Positions 1-11,995 of a DNA stretch of 64,000 nucleotides are shown here, piece by piece. A program made the position numbers and the translations under genes. The notes beneath the pieces are model-generated. The model was not told the origin of the DNA. It did not search any database and worked only from the letters and a program-made list of their open reading frames with translations. The DNA is taken from contig CBFFRQ010000081.1 in assembly GCA_965644315.1 (NCBI GenBank), forward strand, positions 372,001-436,000. Direction: 5' to 3'. Within the stretch, counting starts at the first letter, position 1. Every line of letters starts with the position of its first letter. The stretch comes from Caecitellus pseudoparvulus (taxonomy: Eukaryota > Protista > Bigyra: Bicosoecida).

Positions 1-684
1 AGCCCTCAGCTGCACTCCCTCGGGGATTACAATGGATCCTATGTCAACATTCCCAGACTCTGCCTGCGCTGCACAGGCTTCACCGGCACGAGCATCGCTT
101 GGTGGTTCATGGCGTGCTTGGGTGTGTGACTTCATCAACACCTGCTCCGCAAGGTCTTGAGGCACTGCACCTGGCAAGATGGACACCTCACGCTCATGTG
201 GTTGCCTGCAGTCCACCAGCACAATTTGTCGGCCTTGGGCTTGCGCGTCGAATGCATCTGAGTCGGCGCCGCGATTGAATTCGGGCGAGTACGAAACGCA
301 CATTGTGGCCCCCACCCACGCACCTTGGGGAAAGATATCAATAGATGACATGAAGGCCCACTTGTAGCGGTTGAACATCGTGGCGAGCGTGGCCACCTTG
401 CTCTCTTCTGCCGGATACAGAGTGGTCCAACCTGGCGGTGCTTTGCTGTGAGGGAGCAGATGAAGACACGTGACCTACACGCGGGGTCACGTGGGTGGCA
501 ACTCGCAGTGTGAGGATCACACCTTGATGTAGTGCCCATCGTGGCAACACTTTTACGCCTGTCCTGTCCGCACTAGCCCAGCCTCAGCACCAGCCTCAGC
601 TGACCAGGGCTGACTTGCGTCCCAGCGCCCCCCGACCGCCCCAGCGAACAGGTAAGGCAGGTGAACAAACCAGTTGCAAGATGA

Positions 685-1910
685 ATGTCCAGCTTGTGGA
701 TCAGTTTCCTGCATCTGATTCTGATTGTTTATTGTGTTGCCAGTGCGCTTTGTGTGACGTTGCAGCCTGAAACGCCAAGCAGCGAAACTCTGCTGAGCGC
801 ACCGCCCAAGCGTGGGCCCGTTGATCTGCAGCGCGCCATGGCAGCTGAGGAGCCTGCCTCTTCAACACCAAAGGTGCCAACGTTGCGATGTGTGCGCTGC
901 ATTCCGATCGCAAGTGCCACCACGCCGCTGCCGCAGACGGTGGATGGAGATGAGCAGGCGCCAGTGGCCGGCATCACTTACGTCGAGCGCAGTTTGGGGG
1001 GCTGGAACTTCCTGGGGTGCGCACCCGCCTTGGCTTTGCGCATGCCCACACATGACACACTCCGCTCCTTCCACACTTTGTGCACAGGGACGACAGCAGC
1101 GCTCGAGCGGCCCAGGCAGCCTCCAGGCCAGTGTGGGTTCGAGCGGGACGGAAAGGCTCCATCGGCGCGCTGGGCATGTCCCACACCGCCTCCCAGCGCC
1201 AGCAAGTCAACACACGGCAGCGCAGGCGCCGCACAGGCTCCGGCTTCGTCGTCTTTGCGCCCAGCAGCCCAAACACACCGGCCGTAGCCCGAGCCCTGCA
1301 GCCATGGCGGGCTGCCGCCACAGCCATGCTGCTCATGGCAGCAGTGACATCCATTGTGGCCCTGGCCGAGACGGGGCATGCAGTTGCGACGGGGGCTGCC
1401 TTGCAAGCTGCTGCCAGCCAGCCAGCTCCGCTGCTGCCGCCAGACGCCTCTGCTGGCGTGCCACCCACTGCAGCTCGAGCGTTGTACCCTGTATTGTGGC
1501 GGGCGACGACTCCCGTGGCTGAGAATGCGTGGGTGCGGTGGTGGTGGCAGTGGGGCGCCCCAGCGGCAGAACGACAGGCTGCAGGCGTTTCCGTTGACTC
1601 GGCCCTGCAGTACGCTCAGTACGAGGCAGGTGATGCCAGCTGGAGTTGGTGCGTGGGCATCAGCTCCCTGCTGCTGTACTCAGCATGTGGAGTGGCCTTG
1701 TATCTCAAGCATGCTCGTGGCCTGTCCGTGTGCTCTGCTGCTTTGCTTGTCCTGTTCATCGTGGTGTGTGCGTTTCCGCCCCGGGGACCTTGGGGGCTTG
1801 TCGCCGGCATCAACAATGCTGGCAGCTTCCTGTGCTGTGCAAGCGCTGCGTCACTGCTGGGTCCAGCTTTCTTCAAGGTTGGCCGACGGTCCATGTTTAG
1901 CTTGATGTAG
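685..1910 (+). CDS. Hypothetical membrane protein; exon structure uncertain
   Basis: ORF 685 begins with a signal-peptide-like stretch (MSSLWISFLHLILIVYCVASALC). Overlapping ORF 1080-1910 has several hydrophobic TM-like segments (WCVGISSLLLYSACGVALYL, VCSAALLVLFIVVCAF). No family recognised. Confidence 0.3.
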
Positions 1911-2184
1911 ACATCAAAGTCGAGTCAACCTGTGCGGGGCATGGTCTGCGGGGGGGTGGGGGGGGGGCACTGGTGAAGGGCCTGCACACAAGGTGCACCT
2001 GAACAGTAAATGCAAGTTCATGATCTCGTCCCGCCTCCGTTAGTGTGGGTCGGAGGCCAAGCAGTGTGCTGCACTGCACCAGCCGCTTGTGAGATCAAGG
2101 AAGCGCGGCACCGCGAGGCAGAGGCGAGCCTAGCCAGACGCAGCTGTGTGCGACTAGTTCTGCCCTGGGCTTCAAGCGTCAGTC

Positions 2185-5100
2185 ATGTCGGCCGGCAGCA
2201 TCCGCAGCCGCGTGGTGCAGGAGATACTGTCCAGTGAGCAGGTGGGTGATGTTTGCATCGCTTGCGACGAGCAGGCGTGTGCATCTCCCGCACCGCCAGC
2301 GCTATCCTGTGCTGCCTGCCACGCGTTTCTCGAGCCATTAGCATGGCATTTATCTGCTTTCCTTCCCAGTCCTACGTCGAGGACATGGAACGGCTGTGCC
2401 TGTTTTTCCTTGCGCCGCTGCGACGCTTGGCCAGCTCCTCCAACCCAGTGCTGACTGCACCCCAAGTCAGCACGATCTTCGGCACAGTGGACCAACTGGT
2501 GAGTGCTTCACCACATCAGGGGTGGTTCCATTCCCCAACTGCCGCGTTCCAGACCAGAGCACTCTCAGTGCCGCGTGCTTGCCCTTGCATTGCCGGCTGG
2601 CGTGGCACTGGCGTTGCAGCCTCGCTCCCGCCTGCCTGATGCTCACAGCCCCTGCCGCTCGCATCGCACAGCTGGAGTTCAACCGTAGCTTCTTGGCAGA
2701 TCTGTCAGCAGAGGTGAACAATACCGAAGGGCGTGACCCCCAGCTGGGCCAGCTCTTCGTTGACTTCGGACCGTACCTGAAGATGTACTCAGGTGCGGCT
2801 GTGCCGGTTTGCATCCTCGCCCTGCTGCCGGAGTCCAACCAGCGCACGCTACGCTTCCGCAGCTTTCGTGGACAAACATGACGTAGCGTTGCGGGCGCTG
2901 GAGGAGGCAGAGGTGAACTCTGCATCTTTCCGCTCCTTCATCACCAACATCTACGCACTGAACACGGTGCGGGGCCAGACCCTGCGCTCCTTCCTCATCA
3001 TGCCTGGTGCGTCGCCAGCTCCCTGCCAAGCCATGCACAGTTATACAACGCTCTTTTTCTCGCCTTGCGCAGTGCAACGGGTCCCACGGTACCGCCTGCT
3101 TCTGAAGGAGTTGCTGTCCCATACCCCCGAGGAACATGCCGACCGGCGTGCGTTGGAGAAGGCACTGGGAATTGTGGAGCAGGCCGCCACGCACATCAAT
3201 GAGGGCATTCGGCGGCGCGAGAACATGGAAAAGATCCTCGAAGTTCAGCAGGATGAGGGTGTGTCTCTCGTCCAGCCCAGTCGTGTGTTTATGAAGGAGG
3301 GCACTCTGTTCAAGCTGTGTCGGCGCGGGTTCAAAGAGTTCACGTTCTACCTGTTCAACGACAGTGAGTGAGCCAGCTCCATGCAGCCCATGCCATGTGT
3401 CACACTGGCCACACCACCCCCCCTTGCGCAGTCTTGCTGTATTGTGGCGCCGGGCAATTCGGCCGCTCCAGCCGGGTGTTGCAGCTGGCTGGAGTGTACG
3501 TTGCGGACGTGGGCGCGACTGCCGTGCGCAAGTCGCCACGAGGGTCCTTCTGGATTGGTGCCGGAGGTGGCGGCACCCCTGCAGCTCCCGCACCTGCTAT
3601 GGCAGAGTACAAGTACTTGCCACAGGCCCAAGCAGGCGGAGCAAAGCTCGCACCTCCAGGAACTGAAGATACTCCTGATGCCCGGGCAGGTGTGGACTCT
3701 GCAGGAGCCGCGGCAACCAAGGACGTGGATGCAACCCGGTCTTTCCTGCTGCAGTCTTCCACCAAGAGCTTCATTGTGCAGGCAGCTGACGCAGGGAAGG
3801 CTGCAGAGTGGCGCTCTGCAATTTCCGGCGCAGCAGCGGCTTGCCGCCGCTCAGCTGGCGGCAGTGCAGGCGAGCAAGACGCAGCACCGGTGTGGGAAGT
3901 GGACTCCGAAGTGCCTGCGTGCCGCCTATGTGCAGTACAATTTGGCATGCTGGTGCGCAAGTGAGTTGTCACAGCGGGCCCTGGTCACACCGCTCCGAAC
4001 ACCCACCTGCACCTTTGCACACGCCTCCGCCTTCTTCTCTGCACAGACACCACTGCCGCAACTGTGGCAGCATTGTTTGCAATGCCTGCAGTCCTTACCG
4101 CTGGCCGCTGCCCCGTATTGACCCTGATCGCCCCAGCCGTGTCTGCACATCATGCTACCAAAGCCTGGTCGCGCCCGGCAGCTCAGAAGCTGCCAGCGCA
4201 GCGACGGCTGCCGCTGCAGCTGCCGCCCGCGGCGAGGCGAACTCTGGCAGCAGCGATGACTCCATCGTGCGCAGCGTCGCTCGCAGCATCCGAAAGAGCA
4301 TCACAGGGCTCGCCGCCCGTGTGCGCAACTCTTCCATAGGCGAGGCGTCAGATTTGGAAGAGGAGTACACTCCCAGCCGCCGGCGCTCCGTTCCCAACCG
4401 CAAGCCCTCCGTGACGCCCAGCACCAGCCTCGCAGACGTGGATGCGGTCGTGGACGCGGAACTCGCAGCCAAGCGGGCTGTGGCAGCCGTGCAGGCTGCC
4501 CAGGCGAGTGGGCAGCCGGTGCTGCCAGCCACACCTGCCCGGCCCTCAGCTGCATCAGGGCCCCGTCCACGGCGTGACTCTTACCACCGCACGGAGCGTG
4601 TGCCCTTCGAGCCAGTGGCGCGGGACAGTGTGACGGTGCCCGCTGCTGCAGGTAGCACTCCCCGTTCCTCCCCGCCTGTCCCACCCCCCCGCCCTGTTTC
4701 CACGGGGGAAGTGCCCGGCGCCAAACACCCCAACACCTTCCCAGACAAGCGCCCGCCTGTGCGGGCCAGCGATGGAGCCGTGCTTCCGGCGTCCTTCTTG
4801 CATGGCTGTGTGGTTTGCGGCGATTTCGACGTTGCCGGGTTGCCCGACAACTGGTTCGCGTCTGGGGACCCAGATTCAGGACGGGTGTATTACTTCAATG
4901 ATGTCAGCGAGGAGACGGCCTGGGAGCCACCGCCCGGCTCAGACCCCACCCTAGTGGCCACCACGGCTGTGAAGCTGCCATCTCCCTGGGAGGCGGTGCG
5001 AACGGATGAGGGCCACCTGTACTTCGTCCGGCCCCGAACACCCCCGCCAGGACACACTGGCGACGTATGGCAGTCTCAGTGGGGCCTGCCAGTGGGCTCT

Positions 5101-6108
5101 GTGAAGCTGAGACCGTACGAGTCCGGTGCCGCAGGCAGTGGCCCCCCGGCACTGCAGGGCGGCGCCGCAATGGCGCCCCTTGCCCCAGGGGAGGTGGAGC
5201 CGTTGTCCCGAGAGGGGGCGGTGGGTGTGCGCATCCTGCGCGACATTTCGTCACCCACCTCGGGCGTGGCCAGTGCTGACGGCAGCAGTCCCCAGGCACG
5301 CCAACAAGGCGTCGGAGTCACCATGGTTGGCAGTCGGGGCGTGGACGGGGAGGGCTACGCCTCCACGGCACCTGTGGCGCCCACCGAAGAGTGGACCCCC
5401 GCCAGCACCCGCCTGCAGAGCAACACGTCCCTGGCACAGTACGCCGCACAGGGCGACGGGCGGCGCCCAGGAGACAGCTCCCCAGCATCCGGCACCACAC
5501 AGCGCCCCTTCGCAGGCATGCTGACAGGGCGGGCACTGCCACCTGTGCCAGTGGACGCGTCGGGCGCCCCCCCTGTGCCCCCCCGACACACAGCCCCCAC
5601 ACCAGCACCAGCGACCACTGATGGCGCCGACACACCCCCGCCAGTGCCGGCACGGCGTCGAGGTGGCGGCGCCCCCCCAACACAGCAGCAAGGCTTGACC
5701 GCAAGCCAAGTGAAGGAGATCCGTGCGCTGAAGGAGCTGGAGGACTCACACACCACGCCAGACGGCGCCGTGAACGTCCGGGCTCTGGTGGGCAAGTGGG
5801 CGGGTGGCGGCGGCGGTGCCTCACGGGCTGTGAGGGTGAAACGCACCAGTGGAGTGGGCATGCTCCCCAGCATGGTGTCTGACGCCAAGGCCACCCAAGG
5901 CCCCATCTCCAGCTCCAAGCGCCCCTCCTGGATGGCCATGCGCAAGGGCGGAGGTGCCAGCCTGGCAGGCAGCAGTGACGCCACGACAAGTGCCAGGGCC
6001 GGCGGGGGCGTCACTCCCACACGCCCGCCTCGGCGCAGCAAGGTGGGCGCTGCGCAGGGCGCCAAGGTGAGTGCGCTGCTGGCGAAGTTCGAGGGCGCGA
6101 AGCGGTAA
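2185..6108 (+). CDS. FGD/frabin-like RhoGEF (DH-PH-FYVE plus two WW domains and a Pro-rich tail)
   Basis: Exons with phase-consistent GT-AG introns: 2185-2241, 2370-2498, 2672-2792, 2863-3006, 3073-3363, 3432-3960, 4047-6108. DH motifs EILSSEQSYV and FLIMPVQRVPRYRLLLKELL; PH motifs KEGTLFK..FYLFNDILLY and AEWRSAI; FYVE WEVDSE..CRLC..RKHHCRNCG..VCNACS..RVCTSC; WW motifs LPDNW..GRVYYFN..TAWEPP and LPSPW. Confidence 0.9.
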
Positions 6109-6472
6109 GCAGCCTGGAGCTTGCACCGTGGGGCGCGTGGGGACAATGCAGTGATTGGGCGGGTGTCAGGTCGTGCATGGGGCTGGGCGGTGGAGGTGGT
6201 GGCGAGGGGGGGCGCCACGGCGTGGGTGGCACTGTACGCGTCATGGGTCATGTGCCTGAGCTGTGGGCAAGGAGGAGTGAGGTCCAGGCTGTCACGCAGC
6301 TTCGCAGGTGCGACATTGAGGCGGCTGTGTCAAAATGAACGCCCTCCTTCACCTCGTTGCACTAAATAGTGGAAGCCAGCTTGTTGTGTGCTTCTGTGCT
6401 GTGCCACTTTTGCTGTTGTGCAGTTGAGTTGGTTGGCGAAAGCAGTTGCGCCATTTGCAACACCACCACGCC

Positions 6473-8434
6473 ATGGCTGCTGAGGTCGACAAGCAGACAG
6501 GAGCGCGGCGATGGCAGGCCGCCTGTGATGCTGAGCAGCCAGATGTACTGCTGAGCATGCTGGAGGGGCGTGGCGATGGTGTGGGTGCGGAGGCGGGGAG
6601 GTTGTCGAGTGCTGAGGCAACCGCTGGCTTTGTTGTTGCTTGCAAAGCAGGGCATGTTGGCTTATTGCGTGGATTGCTCGGGTTGGAGGGTGATCAAGCT
6701 GTGGATGTGCACGCTGGAGATGAAAGTGGTCCTGAGGCTGGCTTCCGACATGCCTGTCGCAACGGGCGCATTGATGTGGTGCGAGAGCTGCTGACTCTGA
6801 CGGGTGCTCGTGAGGTGGATGTGCATGCTGGACCTGAGGGTGAGCCTGAGTACGGCTTCCAGGCTGCCTGTTGCTATGGTCATGTAGATGTTGTGAGGGA
6901 GCTGCTGACTTTGACCGGGCATCGTGAGGTGGATGTGCATGCTGGGCCTGATGGCAAACTTGAGGATGGGTTCCAATGGGCTTGTCAGAATGGGCACATT
7001 GATGTGGTGCGAGAGCTGCTGGCATTGACTGGTGCTCGAGAGGTGGATGTGCATGCTGGACCTGAGGGTGAGCCTGAGGCTGGCTTCAGACTTGCTTGTC
7101 AGAGCGGACACCTTGATGTTGTGCGAGAGCTGCTGGCGCTGGGCGGGCATCGCGAGGTGGATGTGCACGCTGGGCCTGAGGGCAAGCCTGAGACTGGCTT
7201 CAGACTTGCTTGTCAGAACGGGCACCTTGATGTGGTGCGAGAGCTGCTGGCGCTGAGCGGGCATCGTGAGGTGGATGTGCATGCTGGAGATCCGAACAGT
7301 CCTGAGGCTGCCTTCCAGCTTGCTTGTCAGAACGGGCACATTGACGTGGTGCGCGAGCTGCTGGCACTGACGGGGCATCGTGAGATAGATGTGCATGCTG
7401 GGCCTGAGGGCGAGCGTGAGTATGGCTTCCGACTTGCCTGTGAGCATGGGCACATTGATGTGGTCCGTGAGCTGCTGGCGCTGACTGGTGCTCGAGAGGT
7501 GGATGTACATGCTGGGCCTGAGGGCAAGCCTGAGGCCGGCTTCAGACTTGCTTGTCAGAACGGGCACATTGATGTGGTGCGAGAGCTGCTGGCGCTGAGC
7601 GGGCATCGTGAGGTGGATGTACATGCTGGGCCTGAGGGCAAGCCTGAGGCTGGCTTCAGACTTGCTTGTCGCTTTGGGCACCTTGATGTTGTGCGAGAGC
7701 TGCTGGCGCTGACTGGTGCTCGGGAGGTGGATGTACATGCTGGGCCTGAGGGCAAGCCTGAGGCTGGCTTCAGACTTGCTTGTCAGAACGGGCACCTTGA
7801 TGTAGTGCGAGAGCTGCTGGCGCTGAGCGGGCATCGTGAGGTGGATGTACATGCTGGGCCTAAGGGCTGGCCTGAGGCTTGCTTCCGACTTGCCTGCGAG
7901 TATGGCCACATTGATGTGGTGCGAGAGCTGCTGGCGCTGGACGGGCAACGTGAGGTGGATGTGCATGCTGAAGATCCGAACGGTCCTGAGGCTGCCTTTC
8001 AACTTGCCTGTCAGAATGGGCACATTGATGTAGTTCGAGAGCTGCTGAAGCTGACTGGTGCACGTGAGGTTGATGTTCATGCTGGGCCTGAGGGCTGGCC
8101 TGAGGCTGCCTTCCTGGCCGCTTGTTGGAAGGGGCATTTGGATGTGCTGCGGGAGCTTTTGGCATTGAGCGGGCATCGTGAGGTGGATGTGCATGCTGGG
8201 CCTGAGGGCACACCTGAGTTTGGCTTCGTGGCCGCTTGTTGGACGGGGCATTTGGATGTGCTGCGGGAGCTGCTAGGCCTCACTGGCCATCGGGCCATCC
8301 CCCTGCACACACGACTCGCAGCGGGAACAGCAGCTGTGCAACCTGCCAAAGATGCCGCCTGGCACGGCACCAGCACTCGACGTGGGCGGCGTACCATGGT
8401 GCTGCTGCGTGCTGGCCGGACAGCAAGGAAGTGA
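6473..8434 (+). CDS. Ankyrin-like repeat protein ANK-1 (653 aa, 15 units of 38 aa), intronless
   Basis: ATG in the ccacgccATGg context shared by all four copies. Unit consensus AGFRLACQNGHIDVVRELLALTGHREVDVHAGPEGKPE matches the ankyrin A-x-x-G-H..VV..LL pattern with an insertion. Confidence 0.9.
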   Translation: MAAEVDKQTGARRWQAACDAEQPDVLLSMLEGRGDGVGAEAGRLSSAEATAGFVVACKAGHVGLLRGLLGLEGDQAVDVHAGDESGPEAGFRHACRNGRIDVVRELLTLTGAREVDVHAGPEGEPEYGFQAACCYGHVDVVRELLTLTGHREVDVHAGPDGKLEDGFQWACQNGHIDVVRELLALTGAREVDVHAGPEGEPEAGFRLACQSGHLDVVRELLALGGHREVDVHAGPEGKPETGFRLACQNGHLDVVRELLALSGHREVDVHAGDPNSPEAAFQLACQNGHIDVVRELLALTGHREIDVHAGPEGEREYGFRLACEHGHIDVVRELLALTGAREVDVHAGPEGKPEAGFRLACQNGHIDVVRELLALSGHREVDVHAGPEGKPEAGFRLACRFGHLDVVRELLALTGAREVDVHAGPEGKPEAGFRLACQNGHLDVVRELLALSGHREVDVHAGPKGWPEACFRLACEYGHIDVVRELLALDGQREVDVHAEDPNGPEAAFQLACQNGHIDVVRELLKLTGAREVDVHAGPEGWPEAAFLAACWKGHLDVLRELLALSGHREVDVHAGPEGTPEFGFVAACWTGHLDVLRELLGLTGHRAIPLHTRLAAGTAAVQPAKDAAWHGTSTRRGRRTMVLLRAGRTARK

Positions 8435-8612
8435 CAGCAACTGTAGGCCGACTCAGTCCTGGCGTCTCCAGCTGGGAAGGCTCCACGCTGTGAGTGAGTG
8501 AGGCGACACAGGTGAGGGCTCCACGTGACACTGCTCCCATCGCATCGACCAGACACGGTGCAGGCGCGCGCACTGTGCTGCGGGCTTGGACTGGGTCGTG
8601 CTCTTGGACGAC

Positions 8613-8698
8613 ACCCCCCACGACAGCCTCGATGGTGGGTGACCCTGCTTCCAACGCGTCGACTGCGTGCGGCAGCCGCGGTATCATCAGCTCAGTCT
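8613..8698 (-). pseudogene. Diverged remnant of the start of the CSN6 last exon
   Basis: The minus strand reads IPRLPHAVDALEAGSPTIEAVVG versus CSN6 IPVPYKVDALEAESLTIEAVVG. Confidence 0.75.
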
Positions 8699-8699
8699 G

Positions 8700-9269
8700 A
8701 TGGGCAGTGTGGGGGATGCGTCTGGCGCCCCCCCTGTGCCCCCCCGACACACAGCCCCCACACCAGCACCAGCGACCACTGACGGCGCCGACACACCCCC
8801 GCCAGTGCCGGCACGGCGTCGAGGTGGCGGCGCCCCCCCAACACAGCAGCAAGGCTTGACCGCCAGCCAAGTGAAGGAGATCCGTGCGCTGAAGGAGCTG
8901 GAGGACTCACACACCACGCCAGACGGCGCCGTGAACGTCCGGGCTCTGGTGGGCAAGTGGGCGGGTGGCGACGGCGGTGCCTCACGGGCTGTGAGGGTGA
9001 AACGCACCAGTGGAGTGGGCATGCTCCCCAGCATGGTGTCCGACGCCAAGGCCACCCAAGGCCCCATCTCCAGCTCCAAGCGCCCCTCCTGGATGGCCAT
9101 GCGCAAGGGCGGAGGTGCCAGCCTGGCAGGCAGCAGTGACGCCTCGACAGGTGCCAGGGCCGGTGGGGGCGTCACTCCCACACGCCCGCCCCGGCGCAGC
9201 AAGGTGGGCGCTGCGCAGGGCGCCAAGGTGAGCGCGCTGCTGGCGAAGTTCGAGGGCGCGAAGCGGTAA
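8700..9269 (+). pseudogene. Duplicated 3' fragment of the RhoGEF last exon (open frame with a junction-derived ATG; pseudogene or mini-gene)
   Basis: Near-identical to about 5551-6108. Similarity continues into the 3' flank to about 9396. In-frame ATG at 8700. Confidence 0.8.
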
Positions 9270-9614
9270 GCAGCCTGGAGCTTGCACCGTGGGGCGCGTG
9301 GGGACAATGCAGTGATTGGGCGGGTGGCTGGTCGTGCATGGGGCTGGACGGTGGAGTTTGTGGCGAGGGGGGGGCGCCACGGCGTGGGTGGCACTGCACG
9401 TGTCAGCTGCGTTTCGGGACTTGTGACCCAGGTAGCAATGCAGCCTTGACAGGTGTCACACTGTCATGTCCCGGTCAAAGTCAATACCGATGCCTGCATC
9501 GTACACCTCTTGTGTACATTGACCAGCACATGCCCTTGCTGTACCGCCTGTGCCTCTGTGCCGGGGGTGTTGCTTTGTGAACGTGGCAGGTGCGGAATCA
9601 GGGTCCACCACGCC

Positions 9615-11069
9615 ATGGCTGCTGAGGTCGACAAGCAGGCAGTAGCGCGGCGATGGCAGGCCGCCTGTGATGCTGAGCAGCCAGGTGTACTGCTGAGCAT
9701 GCTGGATGGGCGTGGCGGTGGTGTGGGTGCGGAGGCGGGTGGGTTGTCGAGTACTGACACCACTGCTGGCTTTGTTGTTGCTTGCAAAACAGGGCATGTT
9801 GGCTTGCTGCGTCGATTGCTCGCATTGGAGGGTGATCAAGCCGTGGATGTGCATGCTGAGGATCGGCATGGGCCTGAGGCTGGCTTCCGATACGCCTGCT
9901 GCTGTGGCCATCTTGACGTGGTGCGAGAGCTACTGGCGCTGAGCGGGCATCGCGAGGTGGATGTACATGGAAGGGTAAACGGCATTCCTGAGGGCGGTTT
10001 CTTTCTTGCCTGCCAAAATGGCCATCTTGGTGCGGTGCGAGAGCTGCTGGCCTTGACTGGTGCTCGTGAGGTGGATGTGCATGCTGGGCGTGTTGGTGAG
10101 CCTGAGATTAGCTTTCGGCTTGCCTGTCGCAACGGGCATGTTGGCGTGGTGCTTGAACTGCTGGCATTGAGCGGGCATCGCGAGGTAGACGTGCATGCTG
10201 GGCGTGAGGGCGAACCCGAGAATGGCTTCCACCTTGCCTGTGAAAGGGGGCATACTGATGTGGTTGTTGAGCTGCTGAAGCTGACTGGTGCTCGTGAGGT
10301 GGATGTACATGCTGGGCCTGACGGTGATCCTGAGGCAGGTTTCCAGCTTGCCTGCCAGAACGGTCATGTCGAGGTTGTACGTGAACTGCTGGCGCTGACT
10401 GGGCACCGTGAGGTGGATGTACATGCTGGACCTGAGGGTAAGCCTGAGTACGGCTTCCGACTTGCCTGTCAGAATGGTCAGGCGGGTGTGGTGCGGGAGC
10501 TGCTGGCATTGAGCGGGCATCGTGAAGTGGACGTGCATGCTGGGTCTGATGGTGTGTCGGAGGCTGGCTTTCAGCTTGCGTGCCGCAATGGGCACTCTGA
10601 TGTCGTGCGAGAGCTGCTGGCGCTGACCGGTGCTCGAGAGGTGGATGTGCATGTGTCGGTTGTGGGCATTCCCGAAGCTGGATTCCGATCAGCCTGTCGC
10701 TTTGGGCATGTCGAAGTGGTGCGAGAGCTGCTGGCGCTGACTGGGCATCGCGAGGTGGACGTGCATGCTGGGCCTGAGAGCAATCCTGATGCCGGCTTCC
10801 GGGTGGCCTGTCGCTTTGGGCATGTCGAAGTGGTGCGAGAGTTGCTGGGCCTCACCGGTCATCGGGCCATCCCCCTGCACACACGACTTGCAGCGGGAAC
10901 AGCAGCTGTGCAACCTGCCAAAGATGCCGCCTGGCACGGCACCAGCACTCGATGTAGTCGTGCGGCCATGGTGCTACTGCTGGCTGACCAGGAGGGAAGG
11001 AAGCGACCGCGACCACAGGCCGGCTCACTCCTGGCGTCTCCAGCTGGGAAGGCTCCACGCTGCGAGTGA
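9615..11069 (+). CDS. Ankyrin-like repeat protein ANK-2 (484 aa, 10 units), intronless
   Basis: Same N-terminal leader and C-terminal cap as ANK-1, with the most divergent repeats. The stop seen in the paralogues (aggaagTGA) is CGA here, which extends the tail. Confidence 0.9.
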   Translation: MAAEVDKQAVARRWQAACDAEQPGVLLSMLDGRGGGVGAEAGGLSSTDTTAGFVVACKTGHVGLLRRLLALEGDQAVDVHAEDRHGPEAGFRYACCCGHLDVVRELLALSGHREVDVHGRVNGIPEGGFFLACQNGHLGAVRELLALTGAREVDVHAGRVGEPEISFRLACRNGHVGVVLELLALSGHREVDVHAGREGEPENGFHLACERGHTDVVVELLKLTGAREVDVHAGPDGDPEAGFQLACQNGHVEVVRELLALTGHREVDVHAGPEGKPEYGFRLACQNGQAGVVRELLALSGHREVDVHAGSDGVSEAGFQLACRNGHSDVVRELLALTGAREVDVHVSVVGIPEAGFRSACRFGHVEVVRELLALTGHREVDVHAGPESNPDAGFRVACRFGHVEVVRELLGLTGHRAIPLHTRLAAGTAAVQPAKDAAWHGTSTRCSRAAMVLLLADQEGRKRPRPQAGSLLASPAGKAPRCE

Positions 11070-11536
11070 GTGAGGCGACACAGGTGAGGGCTCCACGTGA
11101 CTTTCGTCCCGTCGCAATGAAATCCCACAGTGTGTGCATGAGCGCTGTGCTGATGGGGGTTGAGTGGCCGCGTGAGCCTTGCGACCATGGGGGCTTGGGC
11201 TGGGCCGTGCGCTTGGTCGGCGGGCAGCGTGGCTGCTGCGCTGAACATGCGCCAAAGCTGCGGCGATGCAGCAACTGACACAACGAGGGCTTCACAGCAA
11301 TACCACACAACGCCACACTGAGCCGATGCCGGGGCGGGTGCCTGTGTCGTGGTCGGTGGGCGGCGTAGGTCCTGGGCGGCAACGAGAGTCAAGGCCGGAC
11401 TGGATCGGCCCCCAACTGCGGTGTGCTGCACACCAAGTGCCCCACTGCAGGCGCCTCCGCATGCGACCTGCACAAACAATGCAGTGACTGGGCGCTTGCC
11501 GCCGAGGGCAGGACACGATCAGTGCATTGCCAGACG

Positions 11537-11995
11537 TCAGTGAAACGCCGACGGCCCACCCGACGCCAACCTCGCCGCACTGCTCGACTGCAACGCCAGC
11601 CCTAGCTTGTCAAATGCTGTGTTAGCCGTGTCCACAGCCCTCGTCATGGCTGATAGCATGGCGATGACCTGGCTGTCTGTCACCTCCTCTGTGAACGCTG
11701 TGTGGAAGGCGGCGCTGTCTGCCGCCGGCAGCTGGTTCCCCACCGCCCTGCACAGGCGCAGCAACTCCCGGTCGCCCTCCACGCGCCCCTCCTTCACCGC
11801 CCGCACATACTCCCGCACGATGTGCATGCGCTCACGTGCGATGCGTACCGCCTTCAGGGAGCCTTCCAGGTGGGGGTTCACGTCGGAGTCAGTCTCCCCG
11901 CGGCGCTGCCCTGCCCCCACGACGGCCTCGATAGTGAGTGACTCTGCCTCTAGTGCATCGATTATGTGCAGCAGCAGCCGCAAGCACGACTCGGC
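11537..11995 (-). pseudogene. Duplicated last exon of CSN6 with its 3' flank (11383-11536)
   Basis: Near-identical to 16953-17370. Only the first dozen or so codons are diverged (AESCLRLLLHII vs AESWIPVPYKV). The CAG acceptor is retained at 11996-11998, and the upstream exons are absent. Confidence 0.85.

Noticed and set aside
1-680. Short ORFs and the small repeat gcctcagc near 580-600
   Set aside because: No recognisable coding or structural signal; may belong to a feature outside the window.
6662-8251. Long antisense ORFs over the ankyrin-like genes (also 15378-16577)
   Set aside because: Stop-free shadow frames propagated by the repeat; no protein-like features.
6620-8300. CRISPR-like array (constant segments alternating with variable ones)
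   Set aside because: The 114-bp period is in frame and protein-coding, the variable parts are homologous to each other, the context is eukaryotic and there are no cas genes.
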